IMG/VR virus record: IMGVR_UViG_3300030238_000004
Span: 1 to 41,082 of that record
Length of the DNA: 41,082 nt
DNA from: a virus
Strand: one strand, 5' to 3'
This document shows, piece by piece, positions 23,736 to 29,930 of the stretch (position 1 is its first letter; each line of letters starts with the position of its first letter). Made by a program: the position numbers and the translations under genes. Under the pieces are notes generated by a model that saw only the letters and a program-made list of their open reading frames with translations, did not search any database and was not told the origin of the DNA.

Positions 23736-26426
23736 TTAACTAAATGTGTAAAGTGATTTCAGAATCTCACGGATATCTAAGTTACCTTTACTTGGTAGAG
23801 CTGGCATCTTCTCAAGTTGAGACTCATGAAGTTGTTCAGCGAACTCCTCGAAGAACTCAGCGATTACATCATGTTCTTCATAAGTGTCTACAAGAACTTG
23901 GCGAACCTGTTCAAACATCACATGAGCGAAACCAGCATGACAACCGAAAGAGTCATGAATCATAGCGAAAGAGTGAACACCGTGACGAGCACAAGCGTTA
24001 ACTGTTAGCTGTAAGTGGCTTGCATCCATTGAGTGAATGAAGTTAGGGGCGATACCTGAAGCCTGTTTTGCAGCGTCAATCTCAGGGCGGCCATCTTTAC
24101 CAGTTTTGTCACCAGTGTTAACAGTCACACGGATACGTTGCTGGCCCATGAAGATAAGGTCGATACGCTTTTGGTCTTGCTTAGTGTACTCAGACCATAC
24201 AGGGAAACCAGCAGGAGTCGTCCAGTGTACAGGCATTGCTGGCTTAAGGATTTCCCCTGTCTTCTTCTCTTTAACAACAGCAGAGACAAGTTTAGCAGAA
24301 GACTGTAACCATTCCATTGCTTCAACAGCAGCGATAACAGTAGTCTTAACAGCATTCCAGATTAGTTTAGCCATACCACGAGCATACTGAGAAGCATCAC
24401 GAGCATCACCAAACATAGCACCCTTACCAGAGTCGATAGCTGGCTGGATGGTATCTTCAAGAACTTGGTCGGCAAAACCGTATTCTTTAGAACCATAAGC
24501 CAGTGTCATTACTGAGCGTTTAGTTACACCACGGTTCACACCGAACTCAAGCCATACACGAGCGATACGCTTAGTACCAAACGCAAGACGTTCAACGATT
24601 TCACCTGTCTTCTTGTCTTCCTTGGTCTCGTAGTAATCCTCAGTGCCATTCTCAAGCATATCCTGAAGAACAACGTTTACCTTGTCAGCTACGATACCGT
24701 AAATGTCTTGAGGCTTAGGACTTGGAGTAAGGTTAACAGCAGCACCACCCACTTCATCACGAAGCATTGCAGAGAAGTGTTGTAGACCAGAACAAGTACC
24801 ATCGAAAGCAAGTGGTAGTTGAGATTCAAACAGTTCAGACTTACCAGATTCACAGTAAGCAGCCCACTCGAAGCAGAATGCAAGGAAACAGAACGGTGAA
24901 TCCTGTTCAGCCCACCAAGTGTTATCTAAAGGGGCTTTAGCTGAAGCAATGATGTTAGCTTCGTTATCAGCAACCCATTGTACACGGTCATCAAGAGAAA
25001 CCTTGTCAACACCAGCACAGTTAGAACCATGAACAGCCAGCCAGTAACCACCTTGAGAGCCTACAGGTATTTTATTAGCGAAAATCAGTAAGCCTTTAGT
25101 CATATCGTTACCTTGTGGGTTAAACATTGGGATAGCGTATACACGACCACGCCAGTCCATGTTGTAAGGGAAGTAAATAGAGCCGTACTTAGAGAACTTG
25201 TTAGCTTGCTCAAGGGCAAACTCAAGGCTTAGACGACGAGATTGACGAGCTTTCTCTTTACGGTAGATAACAGCAGCATTCTTCTTCCATTTCTTCATAC
25301 GGTCAGCATCAAGAACTTCACCAGTTTCAGGACACACAACGCCGTCTTCCATCGCTGGTTTGTCAGCTTTGTTTAGACTTGGTACATCTTCAACAGGACA
25401 CTCATCCCAGTTAACAACTTGATTAACAACAGCAAGAACATCACCATTGATTTGCCATGCAGTCTCTTGAACAGTGTTGATTGAAGCGTACACATCAGGC
25501 ATATCAACGTCCATATAACGCTGTAGAGCACGTTTAGAGCCTACACGAATCAAGTTAAGAGGACGGCGACCTTTAGCCCAGTAGCCACCACCTTTCACAC
25601 CATTCCATTTCTTAGGTGGAACAATCATAGGTTGGAACATTGGAGAGATACCAGCCAGAGCATGAGCACGAGTCGTTAGACGCTCGATGTAGTCAGGGGC
25701 AAGGCGTACAAGTTCCTGAGCAGTAGCGCCAGCATGAGCACGTTCCATAACCACCAAGTTAGTAGACTCGATGACCATTTCAATCAGACGAATACCGAGG
25801 TTCATCTTGTCCATCTTGTCCCAAGGCTTCCAAGTGTCGTTCAGTTCACCTTTGTCCAGCATACCAGCTTCAACAGCTTGCATGTATGCCTTCTTGAAAA
25901 TCATACCGTTACGCTTATCAAGGTTAGGTTTCACACGTTGTTTAAAGTGTTGAGCTTCCTGTTCACGGATACGACCAAACTGTACTTCATCTTCGATGTT
26001 GTTAGCGATAGTCGAAGCCACACGTTGTAGGTCAGCAGATTCTTCCTTAGCCAAGACCATTAGGATTGACTTGATAGTAATCACAGCCATTGAATCAGAA
26101 GGACACTGTTTGAATAGGTTCTTCCATACAGGCGGTTTACCTTTACCACCAGCATTCTTGAAGTCCTCAATGTGAGCATGTAGAGCAGGGATAAGAGTGT
26201 CTAACAGAGGTTTAGCGATAGCGTTGTCACAAACTTCACCACGGTTAATTTGACGTTCCAGAGCCTTCATAAAGCGAGCTTCACCAAGAGTGTAAGACTC
26301 ATGTTCAAGCAGCAACTGTTCAGCAGCAAGGTCTTGCCCGAAGTTATCAGCCAGTACATTGTAAGGCATGATTGCATGAGCGATTTCAGAGAAGTTATTC
26401 AGTTCAGGTTTAATCACGTTTGACAT
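23736..26426 (-). CDS. Single-subunit DNA-dependent RNA polymerase (T7 gp1-like)
   Basis: 896 aa vs 883. ASGIAPNFIHSMDASHL, FAMIHDSFG and LHESQLEKMPALPSKGNL parallel T7 RNAP. Confidence 0.97.
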   Translation of the reverse strand: MSNVIKPELNNFSEIAHAIMPYNVLADNFGQDLAAEQLLLEHESYTLGEARFMKALERQINRGEVCDNAIAKPLLDTLIPALHAHIEDFKNAGGKGKPPVWKNLFKQCPSDSMAVITIKSILMVLAKEESADLQRVASTIANNIEDEVQFGRIREQEAQHFKQRVKPNLDKRNGMIFKKAYMQAVEAGMLDKGELNDTWKPWDKMDKMNLGIRLIEMVIESTNLVVMERAHAGATAQELVRLAPDYIERLTTRAHALAGISPMFQPMIVPPKKWNGVKGGGYWAKGRRPLNLIRVGSKRALQRYMDVDMPDVYASINTVQETAWQINGDVLAVVNQVVNWDECPVEDVPSLNKADKPAMEDGVVCPETGEVLDADRMKKWKKNAAVIYRKEKARQSRRLSLEFALEQANKFSKYGSIYFPYNMDWRGRVYAIPMFNPQGNDMTKGLLIFANKIPVGSQGGYWLAVHGSNCAGVDKVSLDDRVQWVADNEANIIASAKAPLDNTWWAEQDSPFCFLAFCFEWAAYCESGKSELFESQLPLAFDGTCSGLQHFSAMLRDEVGGAAVNLTPSPKPQDIYGIVADKVNVVLQDMLENGTEDYYETKEDKKTGEIVERLAFGTKRIARVWLEFGVNRGVTKRSVMTLAYGSKEYGFADQVLEDTIQPAIDSGKGAMFGDARDASQYARGMAKLIWNAVKTTVIAAVEAMEWLQSSAKLVSAVVKEKKTGEILKPAMPVHWTTPAGFPVWSEYTKQDQKRIDLIFMGQQRIRVTVNTGDKTGKDGRPEIDAAKQASGIAPNFIHSMDASHLQLTVNACARHGVHSFAMIHDSFGCHAGFAHVMFEQVRQVLVDTYEEHDVIAEFFEEFAEQLHESQLEKMPALPSKGNLDIREILKSLYTFS

Positions 26427-26572
26427 AAGGATGTTCCTTTAGGGTGTTAAGTTAATAAATAATAATGATTATGATGATTATAGTAATCTTAGAGAAGAAT
26501 ACTTAAAGATATCTTATAGTCAATCATAAAGTTATCTTTAAGGAGTCTTTAAGTTTAAAAGCTCTTATAGTC

Positions 26573-26595
26573 TTTCCCTATAGTGGGTGTTAATT
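26573..26595 (-). promoter_or_regulatory. Phage RNAP promoter upstream of the RNAP gene
   Basis: AATTAACACCCACTATAGGGAAA; left arm of the inverted repeat. Confidence 0.8.
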
Positions 26596-26615
26596 AAGAC
26601 CAGCCATAAGACCAG

Positions 26616-26638
26616 CTTTAACACCCACTATAGGGAGT
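26616..26638 (+). promoter_or_regulatory. Phage RNAP promoter on the + strand (antisense to all genes)
   Basis: CTTTAACACCCACTATAGGGAGT read on the + strand, +1 at 26633. Identical to consensus from -15 to +5. Right arm of the 18-bp inverted repeat. Confidence 0.6.
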
Positions 26639-26646
26639 ACTACATG

Positions 26647-27483
26647 TTATTCACCACGAACCCAACTTACAGGATCAGTAATTACTAATTGTGCCTGTCC
26701 AGCAACCCATTTGACCATCACATTCTCATCATGAGTGTCAAACGATGCGATATCCTTAAAGAACTCACGAATGTTCTTACATTGAGCTACAAAGCCCTCA
26801 AGAACATCTTTACGAGTCTCAAGGACTCGACGTAGTGAACCCACTTCATCATAGCTCTCACAGCTATGTAGTGTTCTCATAGCGAACTGTTCGATAGTCT
26901 TTTCACCATGTAACCAAGCGTTATCAATCAGACCATTAGCGATTTCAAACTGTAGACGAATGAATGCTTTATCATCGTTATGAATATTAGCATCATGAGT
27001 CAGGTCTTCAAAAGTCTGATACTCAGGCATAACAACCATGTAAAACTTATCGAAACGCTTCATGAACTCCACTTCAGCTACACTATCAAACTTAACACCA
27101 ATCAGTTGTTCACCGATTGCGATACGGTCTTTACAGTAAGCAGCATAAGCAGCGCCAGAGTCTTCTTTCTTGAAGCCAATCTTAATGACCTTACCAGCAA
27201 GACCATCAAAGCGTACAGCCATTGAGAAGTGACCAGAGCCAAGCACAGTGATGCCAGCCTCTTGAAACATCAAGCACATCTTATAGTACCAATCTTGACA
27301 ATTAACACCGCAGTCGGCATCTGTAGGGACATCACCCATAGCATGTTTAGTAAGAGCACTAAGAGCATCACAGCAAGCTTCAAGATATTCTTCATGAGTA
27401 CCTTCATGTTTCAAGACATTAAGAGCCTGTACGTCAGCGATTAGGTTGTTAAGAGTGATTGCACGTTCAATAGCGTTAGACAT
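26647..27483 (-). CDS. Protein kinase (T7 gp0.7 position; kinase-like fold)
   Basis: ORF 26647..27531 (GTG) trimmed to ATG 27483 (AAGGAAA RBS). Glycine loop LGSGHFSMAV, lysine KVIKIG, DTHDENVMV (D-x-H-x-x-N) and ITDP (DFG-like). Confidence 0.6.
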   Translation of the reverse strand: MSNAIERAITLNNLIADVQALNVLKHEGTHEEYLEACCDALSALTKHAMGDVPTDADCGVNCQDWYYKMCLMFQEAGITVLGSGHFSMAVRFDGLAGKVIKIGFKKEDSGAAYAAYCKDRIAIGEQLIGVKFDSVAEVEFMKRFDKFYMVVMPEYQTFEDLTHDANIHNDDKAFIRLQFEIANGLIDNAWLHGEKTIEQFAMRTLHSCESYDEVGSLRRVLETRKDVLEGFVAQCKNIREFFKDIASFDTHDENVMVKWVAGQAQLVITDPVSWVRGE

Positions 27484-27523
27484 GATTCTATTTCCTTTAA
27501 GAGTTCGGATGATATTATCCAGA

Positions 27524-27546
27524 GAAGCCACTCATTGAATGACTTC
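27524..27546 (-). promoter_or_regulatory. Conserved stem-loop (RNase III-site-like) upstream of the kinase gene
   Basis: RNA GAAGUCAUUC-AAU-GAGUGGCUUC, 10 bp. Confidence 0.5.
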
Positions 27547-27568
27547 GAGTATACTACCAGACCAGCGT

Positions 27569-27604
27569 AAAGATAATCACAAAGATAATCACAAAGATAA
27601 TCAC
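27569..27604. repeat. 12-bp x3 perfect tandem repeat (aaagataatcac) plus a degenerate 4th unit to 27616
   Basis: Read directly. On the - strand it is GTGATTATCTTT x3, just upstream of a TATACT hexamer (27548-27553). Confidence 0.9.
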
Positions 27605-27682
27605 AAAGAATGTATCTTTGAGCAGTGGATTAGTGAACTTAATGATTGTTAGTGTTAATCAGATTTCAGTCTTCATTATTCA

Positions 27683-28102
27683 TTATTTAGCCATCCAGTA
27701 GTTCATGTTATGGTCTAACGTGTAGATACCTACTTCATGAGCTTCTTCACGGGTAACTTGAGTCCATGTACCCAGTTCTTCAGACCACTCAAGAGCTTTA
27801 AGAGAGCTATGACCATTGTTTTGATTCATCACAAGGATACAATCTTGCTCATAGGTCTTACAGTACATGTTAAGGCACTGATTCACCTCAGTCAAGCTAA
27901 GGTTCTGAATCATTAGAGAGACTTCACGACTTGCTTCAGGCATACCATCTTCATGATACACACCTACAACAGTCTTCAGGTCACACATACCATTCTTGAT
28001 GAGGCGAGCCGTTACATCTTCATGACGCTCAAGGTTCTCATTAGTTGATAGAGTAGCACGGAAAGCAGAAGCAATTACAGTGAAGTGATTAGAGTTATTC
28101 AT
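27683..28102 (-). CDS. S-adenosylmethionine lyase/hydrolase (T3 gp0.3 SAMase-like)
   Basis: FTVIASAFRATLSTNENLERH, GVYHE and YEQDCILV parallel recalled T3 SAMase VLVSAFRSNLCDEVNMSRH, GCYRE and WEQDCVLV. Early-gene position. Confidence 0.55.
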   Translation of the reverse strand: MNNSNHFTVIASAFRATLSTNENLERHEDVTARLIKNGMCDLKTVVGVYHEDGMPEASREVSLMIQNLSLTEVNQCLNMYCKTYEQDCILVMNQNNGHSSLKALEWSEELGTWTQVTREEAHEVGIYTLDHNMNYWMAK

Positions 28103-28113
28103 GGAGTTATTCC

Positions 28114-28347
28114 TTAAAGAGTAAATGTTAGTTGAGAAGCAACAAAGTAACCAAGACCAATACCACCAGCCAAGGATACTACAGACATACCAGCAAGTGC
28201 AACCATTAAGTTACGCTTCAGGTTGATTCCCTTGTGTGCTAACGTTAAGCTACCAGCAAAGTATTCAACTGGTTTGCCCTTACCATGCCATTTAGAAGCA
28301 CATTTAGCGTTAGACCAAGCAAGAGTCATAGTAGACATAGTAGTCAT
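28114..28347 (-). CDS. First early protein: small tail-anchored membrane protein (77 aa)
   Basis: ORF 28114..28401 trimmed to ATG 28347, because the longer start spans the promoter. The C-terminal segment LMVALAGMSVVSLAGGIGLGYFVA is hydrophobic. Confidence 0.55.
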   Translation of the reverse strand: MTTMSTMTLAWSNAKCASKWHGKGKPVEYFAGSLTLAHKGINLKRNLMVALAGMSVVSLAGGIGLGYFVASQLTFTL

Positions 28348-28356
28348 AAGAGGTTT

Positions 28357-28379
28357 ATTTCCTATAGTGGGTGTTAATT
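28357..28379 (-). promoter_or_regulatory. Phage RNAP promoter immediately before the first gene
   Basis: AATTAACACCCACTATAGGAAAT. Confidence 0.8.
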
Positions 28380-28389
28380 GATTATCATA

Positions 28390-28414
28390 AAGGCAATTCA
28401 TTTAGAACTACCTT
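28390..28414 (-). promoter_or_regulatory. Conserved stem-loop (position of the T7 R0.3 RNase III site)
   Basis: RNA AAGGUAGUUC-UAAAU-GAAUUGCCUU, 10 bp. Confidence 0.55.
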
Positions 28415-28560
28415 GAGTTAAGCAATTAGCACGACCATACTACCTAATTCCAAATTGTTAAAGAACCGTATTACTACCCTCAGTTACTATGAGTGAGGAC
28501 CCAGAGCCGTTATAGTGTGCTCTCACTTTCCAATACAGTTGCCCTTAGTGGACGATGCAG

Positions 28561-28590
28561 ATTTTAACCTGAAGTGGTTCACCCTGTCAA
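28561..28590 (-). promoter_or_regulatory. Host sigma70-type early promoter (third of three)
   Basis: - strand TTGACA-N18-TAAAAT (GTTGTTGACAGGGTGAACCACTTCAGGTTAAAATC). Confidence 0.65.
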
Positions 28591-28734
28591 CAACTATTCG
28601 ATACTCATTCGGTGATTCATATGCCTACCGATAGCTACTACGTGGGCTATCCTTGCCTCGTATCAAGTTGTATGTGTGTGTGTTTACATCGTCCAGATTA
28701 TTAAAGAGCGGTGTTCCCTTAGAGAACGTTGAGG

Positions 28735-28764
28735 ATGATACCTCAGTGGCTTGTGCCTTGTCAA
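28735..28764 (-). promoter_or_regulatory. Host sigma70-type early promoter (second of three)
   Basis: - strand TTGACA-N18-TATCAT (GTTATTGACAAGGCACAAGCCACTGAGGTATCATC). Its flanks are homologous to the 28561-28590 promoter. Confidence 0.65.
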
Positions 28765-28900
28765 TAACTTTCGGTATCTATCTGATATATCGCACTGTGT
28801 AGCCTTCTGGTCTGCTAATCCTGACCAGTCGCAAGGTATTATCTAATGTTAGCATTTTTACCCTCCTTACTGACTACATATAGCCGTTACCGTAGTAACA

Positions 28901-28917
28901 GTGTGTGTGTGTGTGTG
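28901..28917. repeat. (GT)8 dinucleotide repeat
   Basis: gtgtgtgtgtgtgtgtg. Shorter related tracts lie at 28669-28684 and 23589-23602. Confidence 0.9.
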
Positions 28918-28984
28918 ATAGATACCTAATTGTTAAAGAGCAATATCAAGTAGACTGAGTAACTGTCCCGTCTTGATGTGGCTC

Positions 28985-29012
28985 AGTATAATGATATTTG
29001 AATTGTTGTAAA
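28985..29012 (-). promoter_or_regulatory. Host sigma70-type early promoter (first of three) with an AT-rich upstream region
   Basis: - strand TTTACA-N16-TATACT, preceded by ATTATTTTAGTATTTATTGAAATTAGGAC. Confidence 0.6.
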
Positions 29013-29120
29013 GTCCTAATTTCAATAAATACTAAAATAATTGTTATATGCCTATAATCTGTACAATCTTATAGTTCCCTCTATATAGGCTTAATCTGTA
29101 CTCTTGATGATATCCTTTAG

Positions 29121-29162
29121 GAGTATGTCTTGAGGAGTATGTCTTGAGGAGTATGTCTTGAG
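29121..29162. repeat. 14-bp x3 tandem repeat (gagtatgtcttgag)
   Basis: Read directly; a partial 4th copy lies at 29198-29210. Confidence 0.9.
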
Positions 29163-29245
29163 GATATCCTTATGTACTACTTCTACTTCTACTTCATGAG
29201 TATGTCTTGATGATATCCTTATGTACTACTTCATGAATACATACA

Positions 29246-29363
29246 GATAAACACAATGATAAACATAATGATAAACACTTACAGATAAACATAATGATAA
29301 ACATAATGATAAACACAATGATAAACACAATGATAAACACTTACAGATAAACATAATGATAAT
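29246..29363. repeat. Array of ~10 GATAAACA(C/T)AAT units (12- or 14-bp period)
   Basis: gataaacacaat gataaacataat gataaacacttaca ..., read directly. Confidence 0.9.
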
Positions 29364-29389
29364 CTTGATGATATCCTCTTGTATATGGT

Positions 29390-29437
29390 CTTGATGATTG
29401 TCTTTAAGAGGTACTTGATGATTGTCTTTAAGAGGTA
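29390..29437. repeat. 24-bp x2 tandem repeat (cttgatgattgtctttaagaggta)
   Basis: Read directly; abuts the palindrome at 29436-29450. Confidence 0.9.
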
Positions 29438-29450
29438 CCCTATGGGGGTA
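29436..29450. other. Near-palindrome TACCCCCATAGGGTA, resembling the CCCCCATAGGGGGTACC element ~25 nt from the T7 left end
   Basis: - strand ...AGACCACAGATACCCCCATAGGGTACCTCTTAAAG versus recalled T7 nt 1-50 TCTCACAGTGTACGGACCTAAAGTTCCCCCATAGGGGGTACCTAAAG. Confidence 0.5.
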
Positions 29451-29497
29451 TCTGTGGTCTTGCTTAGATTAGATGGTCACTCAGATTTTTCTGATAG

Positions 29498-29561
29498 TTT
29501 TCTTATCGACTTTCTTATCGACTTTCTTGATGATAATCTTGATGATAAACTTGATGTAGCA
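29498..29561. repeat. Two adjacent 12-bp repeat sets: tttcttatcgac x2, then cttgatgata(at/aa) x3
   Basis: Read directly. Confidence 0.85.
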
Positions 29562-29658
29562 GAGATAAGACCTTAAGACACCTAAGACACTATCTTAAAG
29601 ATAATCTTATAGTATGCTTAAAGTCTTATAAGTAAGTGTTGACTCTAACAATGAATTA

Positions 29659-29784
29659 CTATGCAGTGATTAATGTAATAGTAATTCCATGGAGAAACCA
29701 CTCAATGAAAGACTCACCTTCGCACCACAAGAGAACATAGAGTAATACTTGGAGTAGGAATGGTCTTAGTTGTTTAATAACCAT
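29659..29784 (-). CDS. Small hydrophobic ORF (41 aa) at the T7 gene 19.5 position
   Basis: ATG 29784 with AAGAGGG 8 nt upstream. MVIKQLRPFLLQVLLYVLLWCEGESFIEWFLHGITITLITA. The longer track ORF spans the promoter. Confidence 0.4.
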   Translation of the reverse strand: MVIKQLRPFLLQVLLYVLLWCEGESFIEWFLHGITITLITA

Positions 29785-29930
29785 AACAATAACCCTCTTA
29801 CAGTACACACTATGAGGAGGACTTAGAGATAACATAAAGATAACATATAGCTTATAGTAACCTTTAGTCCCCCCCTCCCTATAGTGGGTGTTAATTACAT
29901 CCCTGTAACCTTTTATCACCAACCCATAAC
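29781..29930 (-). repeat. Copy R of the dispersed direct repeat (partner 23515-23669), including the terminase 3' end and the right-end promoter
   Basis: See copy L; same strand and same order of sub-elements, rotated. Confidence 0.85.
29874..29896 (-). promoter_or_regulatory. Phage RNAP promoter after the terminase gene (phiOR analogue)
   Basis: AATTAACACCCACTATAGGGAGG followed by GGGGGACTAAAGG. Confidence 0.85.

Noticed and set aside
26436-26453. The promoter-like string AACTTAACACCCTAAAGGAAC just before the RNAP start codon
   Set aside because: It shares TTAACACCC but lacks the ACTATA segment (a 4-5 nt gap), so it cannot align to the -6..-1 core. It more likely reflects the RBS context or an old promoter remnant.
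27484-27531. Longer GTG-initiated start of the kinase ORF, and similar long starts for 28114-28401, 16905-17648, 15082-15624, 12088-12684, 11886-12143, 20117-20539 and 5003-5635
   Set aside because: The extensions run through conserved hairpins or promoters and lack an RBS. Internal ATGs with good SD spacing match the T7 homologue N-termini where these are known.
28400-29100. Possible tRNA or other structured RNA gene in the long non-coding early leader
   Set aside because: I found no cloverleaf-compatible arm set or GGTTCGAATCC-like T-loop with matching stems. The small hairpins present are isolated.
29246-29363. The regularly spaced GATAAACA repeat array as a CRISPR array
   Set aside because: Units are 12-14 bp and directly abut each other with no unique spacers. 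There are no cas genes, and the array lies in the concatemer-junction region typical of T7-like phages.
29379-29576. + strand ORF of 65 aa (MYMVLMIVFKRYLMIVFKRY...)
   Set aside because: It is translated straight through tandem DNA repeats, so the peptide itself is repetitive. It has no RBS, lies opposite to all genes, and is in the non-coding terminal region.
29636-29672. + strand sigma70-like TTGACT...TATGCA near the 19.5-like ORF
   Set aside because: The -10 is poor at any 16-18 nt spacing, and it would fire away from all genes into the terminase gene antisense. I treat it as chance in AT-rich DNA.
29785-29922. Upstream part of track ORF 29659..29922
   Set aside because: It reads across the consensus promoter and the terminase stop. 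Only the distal 41 codons, which have their own RBS, are plausible.
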